A stretch of DNA of 63,124 nucleotides, filler included, from 3 parts of 3 records of this genome joined end to end with filler, not necessarily neighbours in it, one strand, 5' to 3'; numbered from the whole stretch's first letter, positions 38,975 through 49,382 are shown. The notes: a model not told the origin generated them from the sequence alone. Numbers and translations: made by a program.

Positions 38975-41900
38975 TTAGAAGTAGTTGTTAATCAGTTGGA
39001 TCAGTTCGTTTCTCTTTACAGGTTTTGCTATATAATCATTACATCCTGCCTCTATCGATTTCTCCCTGTCGCCTGCAAGCGCAAAAGCTGTTTGGGCAAT
39101 AATGATGATGTCTTTATTAAATTTCCTGATCTCCTTTGTGGCGTCATAACCATTCACTTCATGCATTTTTATATCCATCAGGATGAGGTCGATATCCGGA
39201 TCGTCTTTGCAAAGTTCAATGGCTTTTGTTCCGCTTTTGGCATGGAGCAGTTCCTTACAGTTACCATCTAATATTTCGGTGAGAAACAGATCAGCAGTTT
39301 CGTCGTCTTCAACAATCAAAACGCGGAGGTTTTGAAGGCTTTTTTCTGCCAAAGCAAATTTTTCATGGTCTACAGCGGTGGTTTTATCGGAAGGTCTGGT
39401 ATGGTAGGGTATTGTGAAATAAAAGGCAGAACCCTTCCCGGGATCAGAATCAACCCAAATCTTTCCGCCCAGCATTTGAGTATATGCTTTTGTTATAGCA
39501 AGCCCCAAACCGGCACCTTCGTAGGGTTTTGCAATTTGCAGATCGGCCTGAACAAACCGCTCGAAGATGGCCTGATGGCGGTTCCTGGCAATGCCGATAC
39601 CCGTGTCTTTTACATAAAACTGCAACATGGGAGCCTTGGTTTTCGTGTCCGTTGTTTTGGTATAACCAAATTCAATTGTTCCCTCGTTTGTATATTTTAA
39701 AGCATTTTTTAGCAGGTTTGTAAGAATCGCGTAAACCTTTTCTTTATCTGTGATGATGGTGGCTTCATTGTCGGACAAACCTTTTTTATACGAGAAAAGA
39801 AACCCTTTGGCTTCGGCCTCGGGTTTAAAAAATGTATACAGGAAATTTATTTGTTTATTGAGGTTGGTGTTTGAAACTACAAGTTCCATCTGCCCGGATT
39901 CAATTTTTGAGATGTCAATCAAATCGTTGATGATGTTGAGCATGCGTTCGCCACTTTTGATGATAACACCTGAATATTTCCGTTTTTCTTCGCTGGATAA
40001 ATCCGGTTCTTGCAGCAGTTCTGCAAATCCTATAATCCCGTTCATCGGGGTGCGGATTTCATGGCTCATGTTTGCAAGGAACGCTGATTTGAGCCGGTCT
40101 GATTCTTCAGCCTGTTCTTTGGCTTTTTTCAGTTCGGCCAGTATTTTCTTGTCTTGAGTAATGTCCTCTTTTACAGCAACAAAATGGTTGATTTCACCAT
40201 CATTGTTTTGTATGGGAGATATGCTTGCACGTTCCCAGTACAACTCACCATTTTTCTTTTTATTCCTGAATTCACCATACCATTCGTTTCCTTCTAAAAT
40301 AGTGCACCAAAGATTTTTATAGTAAGTTTGATCATGTTCCCCGGATTGCAAAATCCGTGGATTCTGCCCCATGGCCTCATCATATGAGTATCCTGTAAGT
40401 TTTGTAAACTGCGGGTTAACATATTCAATAACTCCGGACTTATCGGTGATAACAATGCTTTCAGGGCTTTGTTCTACTGCTTTACTAAGCTTGCTGGCCT
40501 GGTCCTCAGCTATTTTACGTTCAGTGATATCAGAAATTATGCCCTCAATATGAATCAGGTTTCCTGCATCATCAAAAATACCACGGCCTTTTTCCCACAC
40601 CCACTTTATTTCGCCCGAGGCGGTCTGGATTTCATATTCCATCTCCACAGGTAATTTTGCATTAATATGCTTTTGCCAGGTTCCCCAGATATGTTTCTGG
40701 TATTTTGGAAGAATAATGTCGTTGAAGGCCAGTATCTTGTTCTCTACTAAATGTTCCGGTTTGTATCCGGTTATATCTGTACATCCCTCACTAACAAATT
40801 CCATGGTCCAGTCGTGGTCATTTCTGCAGCGATACACCATGCCGTTCAGGTTTGACAAGAGGGTGGCATAACTCAGGTTCTGTGCTTCAAGTTCTTTCCT
40901 GGCCTGGTGGCTTTCTGTGATGTCGCTTGCGACGGCATAAATGAGGTTATCCTCAAGGGAGGCAATCGCCGACCAGGCAAGCCATCGGTATCCACCACCT
41001 TTATGTTTATATCGATTCTGAAAATAAAAGGTGGTTTGTCCATCAGCCAGCTTGCTCATCTCTTGCTCAGTATTGCTAATATCATCAGGATGTATATGGT
41101 CGTAAATTTTTGTTCCTTTCAGTTCATCAATTTTATAGCCCAAAATATTTTCCCAGCCTTTGTTTAATTTGAGCATTGTACCTTCCATGTCAACGATGAT
41201 ATGAATGTTTATGGGTTGTTCAAAGAACTTGTCCATCGTATTTTTCATGCGCCTGGATTCTGTTATATCCCTAACTATGCCAATGGTCCTGACGGGATTA
41301 CCATTATCATCGAATTCATTTTTACCCGTTCCATGTAACCAGATAATATCTCCTCCTTTTTGCAAAATTCTGAACTCGAAATCCATCAATTTATCTGCTT
41401 TCAGGGAATTTTCCAGATGGGCTGTTGCTCGTTCCACGTCGTCCGGATGGATGTAAGATATAAAATCTTCATGTGTGAATGCTTCATTTTGGTATTTTAT
41501 GCCCAATAATTTAAAAAGTCCTTTCGACCAGTATCCTTTTCCTGTTTTCCAGTTTCGTTCAAAAAATCCCAGTTGGCCGATTTCTTCAGCCTGTTGCATG
41601 GATAGCCTGGCGTTTTCGAGCTTAATTTGGCTTATTTTCTGCTCGGTAATGTCCGTTAAAACCACTGCAAACTGCCCTTTTTTTGGGGAAAATGCTTTCA
41701 CGTCCCACCATTTGTTCAGGTATGAAGAATGATCGATTGTTGAGGCAGGCTCTCCGGTTGATGCCACTTTGTCAAAAAAATCAATCCACTTTTGTTCGAT
41801 ATCCGGAAGAACCTCCTTGCCTCTCCTACCAATGATATCCGAAGCTTTTAATTTTGTAATCGTTTCGTAAACAGGGTTAACTGCAAGAAATGTAAAGTCA

Positions 41901-42820
41901 ACCGGTTTGCCTGCTTTATCAACGATTATTTCGTGATGTGCTACACCGGCATTGATATTGTTGAACAGTGATTTAAACCTTGATTCGCTCTCCTTGATCT
42001 GTCTTTCCATTTTGTTGCGAAAGCTGATATCCCTCACAATGGCCTGAATGTATTTTCCTCCTTTAAAATCCAGTGCATTCAATGAAACCTCTGCTTCAAA
42101 CTCCACACCATCTTTTTTTATGTGCTGCCAGAGAAACCTCTTTGGATTTCCGGCCAAAGCCTCGTTAATGTACAATTTAGCCTTCAGCATGGAGTCGGTT
42201 CCATCAGGTTGATTGGGCGGGGAAAATTCCCAGGGGGAGTGATATACTAAATCTTCATATTTAGCACATCCAAATATATTAAGGGCCGATTTGTTGCAAA
42301 AAATAAACTTTTCATCGTCCATGATCAGAATCGCATCGTAAGCACTTTCGATGAGTTGCCTGTTGATGTTTTCTTTTTCGTCCGAAAGGAATGATTGGAA
42401 ATCCGGATCATACTTTGGTTTGATGTTCAACGTAAATAAGTTTTCCTCTGGTACTTTTATTTTGTCGGCAAGTAGTGTACACTGAATTATTTTGCCGCTT
42501 TTGGTTTTAATCGATTCTTCCATTTTAAATTGCCCGGTGGATTCAGCTTTTGCCAAATAATTGTTGAGTTTGGATTCAGCATTTCCTGAATTAAATATCA
42601 GGTTTGTTAAATTAGGGCCTACTTGGGTATTAAAATCAAATTCAAGAATTTTTTGGGCCTTTGCGTTGGCGTCAATAATATTCCCGTGTGAATCGTGTAT
42701 AAGTATTGCCACATTCGAAATATGAAAAATATGCTTATATATGACTTGGTGGTTAGCTAATGAACTGGAAGCCTGTATTTTAGACAAAGTACCTTCCTGT
42801 TTATTGGTTTCTGAATTCAT
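38975..42820 (-). CDS. Soluble hybrid histidine kinase (about 7 PAS + HisKA + HATPase + REC)
   Basis: Same kinase/receiver core as the neighbour. I prefer ATG 42820 (MNSETNK) over TTG 42853. Confidence 0.92.
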   Translation of the reverse strand: MNSETNKQEGTLSKIQASSSLANHQVIYKHIFHISNVAILIHDSHGNIIDANAKAQKILEFDFNTQVGPNLTNLIFNSGNAESKLNNYLAKAESTGQFKMEESIKTKSGKIIQCTLLADKIKVPEENLFTLNIKPKYDPDFQSFLSDEKENINRQLIESAYDAILIMDDEKFIFCNKSALNIFGCAKYEDLVYHSPWEFSPPNQPDGTDSMLKAKLYINEALAGNPKRFLWQHIKKDGVEFEAEVSLNALDFKGGKYIQAIVRDISFRNKMERQIKESESRFKSLFNNINAGVAHHEIIVDKAGKPVDFTFLAVNPVYETITKLKASDIIGRRGKEVLPDIEQKWIDFFDKVASTGEPASTIDHSSYLNKWWDVKAFSPKKGQFAVVLTDITEQKISQIKLENARLSMQQAEEIGQLGFFERNWKTGKGYWSKGLFKLLGIKYQNEAFTHEDFISYIHPDDVERATAHLENSLKADKLMDFEFRILQKGGDIIWLHGTGKNEFDDNGNPVRTIGIVRDITESRRMKNTMDKFFEQPINIHIIVDMEGTMLKLNKGWENILGYKIDELKGTKIYDHIHPDDISNTEQEMSKLADGQTTFYFQNRYKHKGGGYRWLAWSAIASLEDNLIYAVASDITESHQARKELEAQNLSYATLLSNLNGMVYRCRNDHDWTMEFVSEGCTDITGYKPEHLVENKILAFNDIILPKYQKHIWGTWQKHINAKLPVEMEYEIQTASGEIKWVWEKGRGIFDDAGNLIHIEGIISDITERKIAEDQASKLSKAVEQSPESIVITDKSGVIEYVNPQFTKLTGYSYDEAMGQNPRILQSGEHDQTYYKNLWCTILEGNEWYGEFRNKKKNGELYWERASISPIQNNDGEINHFVAVKEDITQDKKILAELKKAKEQAEESDRLKSAFLANMSHEIRTPMNGIIGFAELLQEPDLSSEEKRKYSGVIIKSGERMLNIINDLIDISKIESGQMELVVSNTNLNKQINFLYTFFKPEAEAKGFLFSYKKGLSDNEATIITDKEKVYAILTNLLKNALKYTNEGTIEFGYTKTTDTKTKAPMLQFYVKDTGIGIARNRHQAIFERFVQADLQIAKPYEGAGLGLAITKAYTQMLGGKIWVDSDPGKGSAFYFTIPYHTRPSDKTTAVDHEKFALAEKSLQNLRVLIVEDDETADLFLTEILDGNCKELLHAKSGTKAIELCKDDPDIDLILMDIKMHEVNGYDATKEIRKFNKDIIIIAQTAFALAGDREKSIEAGCNDYIAKPVKRNELIQLINNYF

Positions 42821-42969
42821 AACTTGCTTTTTACACTGTATTTTGTATCGCAATTTACAGATAATTTTTTTGAATTGTTAAGGATTATTTAATTTCTTTA
42901 ATACTGTCAGTTGGCATTAAATCCAAGTTTTGCATATTAATTATTAATAAACTCAATAAACTAAAACTA

Positions 42970-43755
42970 ATGAGAAAACTTTACACTTTTATGCTATTAC
43001 TAACACTGCCTGTATTTTTTGTTTTGATGTCATACAGCAGTGGATCACCTGGCGGCAAAACCGGGTCGATGGGTGACAATGGAAACAATTGTACCCAGTG
43101 CCATACAGGAACTCCACAAAACGCTTCGGACTGGATTACGAGCGATATTCCCGGCAACGGTTTCGTTGGTGGTGAAACTTATACAATAACTGCTACAGGA
43201 GAACACTCCGGTGTTGGCAAGTTTGGATTTGAACTGACTGCCGAGGACGAAAGCGGTAATAAAGTAGGTACTTTTACAATCCTTAATAATGACGAAACAC
43301 AATTGGCAAATGCCAATTCATCCGTGACCCATACTTTTGCAGGTACAACACCGAATGGTGATGAAAAATCCTGGGATGTAGAATGGACAGCTCCGGAAGA
43401 TGTGCCGGGAGATATCACATTCTACGCAGCTTTTAATGCAGCAAATAATAACGGAAGCAATTCAGGTGATGTAATTTACTTAACCGAAACAACCTATGGA
43501 CCGGATGTTACCGGAGTGGAAGATCTTGCAACTGAATCGAGGTTTTACCCGAATCCAACAACAGGAGTTGTAAACTTTAATGTTGCTGGCGCTGATAATG
43601 GTGGTTCTGTAAAGATCTATAACCAGACCGGCCAGTTGATCGAAAGTCTTAACTCCGCTTCCGGAAATGGTCAGGTTGATTTGACCAACCAGGCCAAAGG
43701 ACTCTATTTTGTTCAGTTTAACAACGGACAAATGCAAAAATTAATCGTTAGATAA
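42970..43755 (+). CDS. Secreted Reeler-like (choice-of-anchor V type) protein with a CxxCH motif and a T9SS C-terminal sorting domain
   Basis: Signal peptide, G.TGS.GD...CTQCH, FGFELTA, W...WTAP...ITFY, and CTD YPNPT...IYNQTGQ...GLYFV...KLIVR. Confidence 0.75.
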   Translation: MRKLYTFMLLLTLPVFFVLMSYSSGSPGGKTGSMGDNGNNCTQCHTGTPQNASDWITSDIPGNGFVGGETYTITATGEHSGVGKFGFELTAEDESGNKVGTFTILNNDETQLANANSSVTHTFAGTTPNGDEKSWDVEWTAPEDVPGDITFYAAFNAANNNGSNSGDVIYLTETTYGPDVTGVEDLATESRFYPNPTTGVVNFNVAGADNGGSVKIYNQTGQLIESLNSASGNGQVDLTNQAKGLYFVQFNNGQMQKLIVR

Positions 43756-43775
43756 CCCGAAAAATCAAATAGATC

Positions 43776-43805
43776 AAAACCCCGGCCAATGCGTCGGGGT
43801 TTTTT
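43776..43805 (+). terminator. Rho-independent terminator
   Basis: AAAACCCCGGC-CAATGC-GTCGGGGTTTTTT. Confidence 0.75.
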
Positions 43806-43907
43806 ATTTTCCGGCATCAAAGTATTTCTGAATGTTGATATGAATAATTGGATATGCGGTGCATTGCAAAATGGTGTATCGTGATAGTTTGGTGGATGGT
43901 GTTCACT

Positions 43908-43959
43908 GTAGACGCGATGCATCGCGTCTCTAATTAACAGTTCAATAAGGTGTCTCTAC
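43908..43959. repeat. GTAG-family REP-like palindrome plus a second remnant
   Basis: GTAGACGCGATGCATCGCGTCTCTA (palindromic core AGACGCGATGCATCGCGTCT) and GTGTCTCTAC at 43950-43959, between convergent genes. Confidence 0.6.
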
Positions 43960-43970
43960 CAAAAAAAACG

Positions 43971-44525
43971 TTACAACCCCAAATCATCGCTAATTCCCCG
44001 CATGGCTTCGAGGCTCAGCAGGATGAAGTCGTCTAACGGGATGCCTGCTTTTTCGCATTCGCGGATTTTATCCCTGTCAACGGATGCTGCAAAATGCTTT
44101 TCTTTCATGCGTTTGCGGATGGATTTCGGTTTTACGCTTGCCAGTTTTTTATCCGGGTAAACCAAAGTGGTGGCTGTAATAAGCCCGGTGATGGTTTCGC
44201 CGGCGCAAAGGGCATGCTGGAAAACAGTGGTCCTGGGGATGCCGGTAGCTTCATCGTTATGCAGTTTGATGGCTTCAATGGCATCGGCAGGGAAACCTTT
44301 TTCATTGAGGATACGTGCCGTTTCCAGGCCGTGAATTTTCGGATCGGCATTCACCAACTCAACATCCAGGTCATGAAGCAGGCCGGCCATGGCCCATTTT
44401 TCCTCATCCTCACCCAGCTGTTTTGCAGTCGCCCTGAGTACTGCTTCCGATGCCAGGCAGTGCTTGCGGAGGTTTTCGTTTTTGATGTATTCGTGCAATA
44501 ATTCGAGTGCTTCGTTTCGGTTCAT
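43971..44525 (-). CDS. HDIG/HD-domain metal-dependent phosphohydrolase
   Basis: LRKHCLA, AGLLHDLD, HG, IKLH, KSIRKRMKEKHFAASVDR. Confidence 0.85.
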   Translation of the reverse strand: MNRNEALELLHEYIKNENLRKHCLASEAVLRATAKQLGEDEEKWAMAGLLHDLDVELVNADPKIHGLETARILNEKGFPADAIEAIKLHNDEATGIPRTTVFQHALCAGETITGLITATTLVYPDKKLASVKPKSIRKRMKEKHFAASVDRDKIRECEKAGIPLDDFILLSLEAMRGISDDLGL

Positions 44526-44747
44526 GACAATTTTCTATTTTATCTCAAAGTTATCATGATTTTAATGGAACGTGATGATGAAATTAATTTATACAGATTC
44601 TAAATCAGTATTTGATTATTAAAATGCAGTTTGTTAAAACCGTTTTTTACGGACTGAAGAAGTTGTATTTATCAGAATTTGTTTCTATTTTTGATGAATA
44701 AGCCATTGAAAAAATTAAACATCATTTTAAATCAAAAACCCGATGTT

Positions 44748-45542
44748 ATGAAAAAGCAAATCAATTTCCTTCTCATCCTCGCACTTGCAACTATTTCACC
44801 ATTATCAGCTCAACAAATTTCAACACGATACGACGTTTACAACTTTGAAGCAGGCGACCAGTTTCAAATCACAGAATCATCCTGGCAGCTTGCCATAATT
44901 ACTGATATCGAGATTCTGGAACGAATGTATGTTCCATCCGAGGATTTTTTGCTCTATGTGAGGGCTGTAACTTCCATAACTTACGAATATGAACCCAATG
45001 ACACCATTTACTCAAGTGTGGTGGATACAATTGTATATACCGGCCTCCAAAATCAGGTATTTAGTGTTGATACAGTTTTTAGTGATCCCGAAAAATACTT
45101 CGGCAGGCAGATAAACCGGGATGATTATTCTGATCCGGGATATTACTCTGCATATTCGGATTTTATCGTTGGCTGTGGAGGCGGATATTTTGTTTATAAT
45201 GGTATTGACGGTTTTGCTAAAAGATTGCTCACCTGGTATAAAAAAGGCGAGGAAGAGTGGGGAGAGGAGTTTATCATTGTTGGGCAAAGCGAAATCGAAC
45301 AAAAGGATGCGGCCATTACCCTATCACCCAATCCGGTTCAGGGAGATTATTTTACACTGTCCTGTGAGTTGTCCCAACCGCAGCAGGGACAAATCTGCAA
45401 TATAAGCGGGCAGGTCATAAAAACGTTCACTGCAACATCCGGGGTCACAAATGTTTCGGTTTCAGGCCTGCCACGTGGCCTGTATTTCATTATTCTTGAA
45501 GGAGATCAGTTTAAGGCAACTGAGAAGGTAATTATCCGGTAA
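44748..45542 (+). CDS. T9SS type-A sorting-domain protein of unknown function
   Basis: Signal peptide from ATG 44748 and C-terminal LSPNPV...NISGQ...GLYFI...KVIIR. Confidence 0.8.
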   Translation: MKKQINFLLILALATISPLSAQQISTRYDVYNFEAGDQFQITESSWQLAIITDIEILERMYVPSEDFLLYVRAVTSITYEYEPNDTIYSSVVDTIVYTGLQNQVFSVDTVFSDPEKYFGRQINRDDYSDPGYYSAYSDFIVGCGGGYFVYNGIDGFAKRLLTWYKKGEEEWGEEFIIVGQSEIEQKDAAITLSPNPVQGDYFTLSCELSQPQQGQICNISGQVIKTFTATSGVTNVSVSGLPRGLYFIILEGDQFKATEKVIIR

Positions 45543-45543
45543 C

Positions 45544-46086
45544 ATGCAACCAGGGGTAAGCAGCATATTTCGAATTATATATTTGTTCCTGTTTTTGATT
45601 CTGAACGTATTTGGTTCCGCTCAGCAATCCCTCGACGATATCATTAACCGGGCAGAAGCATCCGATATGGTGCCTATCGAAAAGATTGACTGCCACTGCC
45701 TCTGTGTGCCTAAAGGGCACTTTTTGATCATTCGTTCCCGCGAAGAGTTATTGTATCATTTTGAAAATCCATACAATGAAGACTGTAACAAACAGGATAC
45801 CCTTGCTGTGGACTTTGAAAGTGAAGCCATTGTTGCGATTTATGTTTCAATGGTAGGCATGGTTGGTTCATGGCCGAAGGTAGATTATTTTGTTGAAAGG
45901 TTCGATTTTGAGAAGACTTATGTGGTGTATCTGGAGTATCCCATACATGGAATGAGGCTGCATCACGAAAGGAGTATCATCAAAATCCCTGTAGAGTCAA
46001 ATGATTGGGATGTTGAGGTGATTGTTCTGGACAGGAGGCGCGAATTTACAGAGACTGATAAAAGTTGCCGGGATTATTATGAATGA
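45544..46086 (+). CDS. Exported hypothetical protein (PrcB C-terminal-like)
   Basis: Signal peptide. The IIRSREEL...C.....VDFESEAIVAI pattern only loosely suggests the family. Confidence 0.55.
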   Translation: MQPGVSSIFRIIYLFLFLILNVFGSAQQSLDDIINRAEASDMVPIEKIDCHCLCVPKGHFLIIRSREELLYHFENPYNEDCNKQDTLAVDFESEAIVAIYVSMVGMVGSWPKVDYFVERFDFEKTYVVYLEYPIHGMRLHHERSIIKIPVESNDWDVEVIVLDRRREFTETDKSCRDYYE

Positions 46087-46150
46087 TGGATTTAGAAACT
46101 GCAAGCAAAAATAGTTTCGTTATTGCCAGCAAAAATAGTCATACCTTTGG

Positions 46151-46678
46151 ATGACAAAATCAAAATGTATGTCAAAAACACTATTCACCGAAAAACAAAG
46201 ATTCAGGCAAATCTGGCTGCTGATCATCCTGTTTGGCATAACCGGAGTAATGCTATGGGGTTTTGTGCAACAGATCATTTTAAAAATTCCGTTTGGTAAT
46301 AATCCGGCCCCCGATTGGGTGATGTCCCTGATGGTAATTATACCCGTGTTTATATTTGGCTTTTTCTTTTCGCTAACCCTTTACACACGCATCGATAAAA
46401 ATGGGATTGCTTTTCGGTTTTATCCGGTTCACCGTAAAGACAGGCTCATCAAGTGGGAATCGCTAAATAGAGCCTGGGTAAGAAAATACAAACCCATTAC
46501 CGAATATGGTGGATGGGGTTTTCGCAGAGGCAGAAGTGGGACAGCATATAACACCAAGGGGAATATGGGCTTGCAAATGGTTTTGAAAGATGGCAAGAAA
46601 ATATTGATTGGCACGCGCAAACCCGAAGAACTCAAAAGAGCACTCGAAAAGCTTGGTAAAGCTAATCTGTCTAATTAA
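46151..46678 (+). CDS. DUF6141 / bacterial PH-like membrane protein
   Basis: LFTEKQRFRQ.W, two TM helices, YKPITEYGGWGFR, GLQ.VLKDGKKILIGT..PEEL. Confidence 0.75.
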   Translation: MTKSKCMSKTLFTEKQRFRQIWLLIILFGITGVMLWGFVQQIILKIPFGNNPAPDWVMSLMVIIPVFIFGFFFSLTLYTRIDKNGIAFRFYPVHRKDRLIKWESLNRAWVRKYKPITEYGGWGFRRGRSGTAYNTKGNMGLQMVLKDGKKILIGTRKPEELKRALEKLGKANLSN

Positions 46679-46805
46679 GAAAAATTAAGAAGCCCCGGGA
46701 TGCCACTGTTTTATTTTCAGATAAATTTGTGAGTTGCCGGCAAAGCGAGCTATGCTGGATTTATCGACAGGAATTTACACCCTAAATTAATTAAAACATA
46801 CAAAA

Positions 46806-47945
46806 ATGAATTTTGAATATACCGAAGAGCAGTTGATGATTAAACAGGCAGCCCGCGATTTTGCCAAAAAACTGGAGGCCGATGTAATTGAGCGTGATAA
46901 AAATGCAGCGTTCCCCACGGCACATGTCCGTGAACTTTCCGAACTTGGGTTCCTGGGCATGATGATCGACCCGAAGTATGGTGGTGGCGGAATGGATAGC
47001 CTCTCTTACGTAATGGCTCTTGAGGAAATCTCGAAAATCGATTCAAGTGTAGCTGTGATTATGTCGGTGCATAATTCGTTGGTATCCTATGGGATTGAAA
47101 AGTACTGCTCCGAAGAGCTTAAACAAAAATACCTTCCGGACATGGCTACCGGTGAGCGGATCGGTGCATTTTTGCTCTCCGAACCCGAGGCTGGCTCCGA
47201 TGCTACTTCGCAAAAAACATTAGCAGAAAATAAGGGTGATCATTACCTTGTGAACGGAACAAAAAACTGGATCACCAATGCGCACTCCGGTGATGTATAC
47301 ATCGTTGTTGCCCAAACGGATCCTGAAAAAAAACACCACGGGATAAATGCACTTGTGGTGGATAAAAAAACGCCTGGCATTTCACTCGGACCGCACGAAG
47401 ATAAAATGGGCATGCGCAGCAGCGACACACATTCGGTGATGTTTACCGATGTAAAAGTTCCAAAAGAGAACAGGATTGGCGAAGATGGTTTTGGGTTTAA
47501 ATTCGCCATGAAAGCACTGGAAGCAGGCCGTATCGGGATTGCCGCCCAGGCCCTTGGAATTGCTGCCGGTGCTTATGAAAGATCACTGCAGTATTCGAAG
47601 GAGCGCAAAGCTTTTGGAAAGCTTATTTCCGATCATCAGGCCATTGCGTTTAAACTGGCCGATATGTATGTAAAGATTGAAAATGCCCGTAACCTTGTTC
47701 ATAAAGCCGCATGGCTGAAGGATAGCGGGAAGGACTTTTCTCTGGCGGGCAGCATGGCAAAAGTTTATGCTGCCGATATTGCCATGGAAGTTACCACCGA
47801 AGCTGTTCAGATTCATGGAGGTTATGGGTATGTAAAAGAATACCACGTTGAGCGTTTGATGCGCGAAGCCAAACTCACCCAGATATATGAAGGGACCTCC
47901 GAAATCCAGAAAGTTGTGATCTCACGTAATATTCTCAGTGATTAA
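46806..47945 (+). CDS. Short/branched-chain acyl-CoA dehydrogenase
   Basis: LSEPEAGSDA, NGTKNWITN, KMGMRSSDT, GRIGIAAQALG, QIHGGYGY, IYEGTSEIQ. Confidence 0.93.
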   Translation: MNFEYTEEQLMIKQAARDFAKKLEADVIERDKNAAFPTAHVRELSELGFLGMMIDPKYGGGGMDSLSYVMALEEISKIDSSVAVIMSVHNSLVSYGIEKYCSEELKQKYLPDMATGERIGAFLLSEPEAGSDATSQKTLAENKGDHYLVNGTKNWITNAHSGDVYIVVAQTDPEKKHHGINALVVDKKTPGISLGPHEDKMGMRSSDTHSVMFTDVKVPKENRIGEDGFGFKFAMKALEAGRIGIAAQALGIAAGAYERSLQYSKERKAFGKLISDHQAIAFKLADMYVKIENARNLVHKAAWLKDSGKDFSLAGSMAKVYAADIAMEVTTEAVQIHGGYGYVKEYHVERLMREAKLTQIYEGTSEIQKVVISRNILSD

Positions 47946-48174
47946 TATCGCCCAACAATAACCTGATTCAGAAACCCTGTATGCACCCCATGATAATGAA
48001 ACCTGTCAGTTTTTTTGGCGCTGACAGGTTGGGCTATGTGGTAATCAGTTTTAATTCGAAATAATTAGCCCCTGTTTATCCATCGATTTAATCATCGCAA
48101 CAAACCCAACATCCTGAAAATTAAAATTGTTTTATTTTTGCTCACTTTAAAAATCAAAATTTAAAACTAGCAAT

Positions 48175-48924
48175 ATGAAAATACTTGTTTGTGTAAGTAA
48201 TGTTCCGGATACCACCACCAGGATCAAACTCACCGACGATAAATCGGCAGTTGATCTGGCAAATGTGCAGTGGATTCTCAACCCCTGGGATGAGTTGGCC
48301 CTGACGCGTGCTTTGGAACTGAAAGAAGGGTCAGGTGGAAAAATTGAAAAAGTCACCGTGATTACAGTTGGTGAAAAAAGTGCTGAGCCTACCATGCGCA
48401 AAGCGCTGGCCATTGGTGCCGACGATGCCATCCGTGTTGATGCTGCTCCTGCTGATGCCTACGCAGTTGCCCACGAAATTTCTGAGGCGGTTAAAGCCGA
48501 GAATTTCGATTTGATTATGTGTGGAATCGAATCATCTGATTATAATGGCTCAGCCATGGGCGGAATGCTTTCTGAGTTTTTGGGACTTCCTTCAGTTTCT
48601 TCTGTATCAAAGCTTGATTTTGAAGGTGACAAGGTGAAAGTTAACCGTGAAATCCCCGGAGGATTTGAAGTTGTAGAACCCGAAGGGCCTTTCGTAGCAG
48701 TAGTTCAGAAGGGTATTGCCAAAGAGCCCAGGATTCCGTCAATGCGTGGAATTATGATGGCACGTAAAAAGCCGTTGAAAGTTGTTGCTGCTGCCGGTGC
48801 TGAGGCATTAACAGCATTTGCTTCATACGAGCCACCACAACCAAAGGCTGCCTGTAAGATGATCGATCCTGAAAATGTAGGTGAACTTGTGGATCTGTTA
48901 CACAATGAAGCAAAAATTATCTGA
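48175..48924 (+). CDS. etfB: Electron transfer flavoprotein beta subunit
   Basis: MKILVCVSNVPDT, NPWDELAL, ALAIGAD, EPRIPSMRGIMMARKKP. Confidence 0.93.
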   Translation: MKILVCVSNVPDTTTRIKLTDDKSAVDLANVQWILNPWDELALTRALELKEGSGGKIEKVTVITVGEKSAEPTMRKALAIGADDAIRVDAAPADAYAVAHEISEAVKAENFDLIMCGIESSDYNGSAMGGMLSEFLGLPSVSSVSKLDFEGDKVKVNREIPGGFEVVEPEGPFVAVVQKGIAKEPRIPSMRGIMMARKKPLKVVAAAGAEALTAFASYEPPQPKAACKMIDPENVGELVDLLHNEAKII

Positions 48925-48985
48925 TTTGGAAATGTGGCAATTTGAAAGTGATGAATTTTGAAAATGAGTTGATTGAGCAATGGAT
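48922..48985 (+). repeat. Degenerate 8-bp-periodic repeat upstream of the four-helix-bundle gene
   Basis: tgatttgg aaatgtgg caatttga aagtgatg aattttga aaatgagt tgattgag caatggat. Confidence 0.6.
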
Positions 48986-49031
48986 TTTGTTGAGACAGCA
49001 GTAGTTTCTAATCGATAAACAAATATTAATA

Positions 49032-49382
49032 ATGCAAAGTAACAAAGAAAATGTAATCGTAGATTTGTCCTTTTATTTTGCTGTAGAAATTATCGAATTT
49101 TGTGATGAACTCTATGCTGCAAAAAAATTTCATGTTTCAAATCAACTTTTGAAATCAGGTACTTCTATTGGTTCTGATGTTCGAGAGGCACAAAATGCAG
49201 AAAGTAAAATTGATTTCATCCATAAAATGAAAATTGCAGCTAAAGAAGCTGATGAAACTGAATACTGGCTACTCCTTTGTAAGGAAGCAAAATCCTTTCC
49301 AGAAAATGAGGAATTGCTAGTTAAAGTCTCTTCAATCATTAAAATTCTATCTAAAATTATTGCATCATCCAAAAGAAAATAA
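49032..49382 (+). CDS. Four-helix-bundle protein (23S rRNA intervening-sequence protein / Avd-like family)
   Basis: NQLLKSGTSIGSDVREAQNAESKIDFIHKMKIAAKEADETEYWL, 116 aa, lying between etfB and etfA. Confidence 0.9.
   Translation: MQSNKENVIVDLSFYFAVEIIEFCDELYAAKKFHVSNQLLKSGTSIGSDVREAQNAESKIDFIHKMKIAAKEADETEYWLLLCKEAKSFPENEELLVKVSSIIKILSKIIASSKRK

Noticed and set aside
48000-48030. Hairpin AACCTGTCAG...CTGACAGGTT between the acyl-CoA dehydrogenase and etfB as a riboswitch
   Set aside because: A single stem with no recognisable aptamer. At most a terminator or stability hairpin.
49032-49382. Possible diversity-generating retroelement (Avd-like gene)
   Set aside because: No reverse transcriptase and no TR/VR repeat pair seen in the window.
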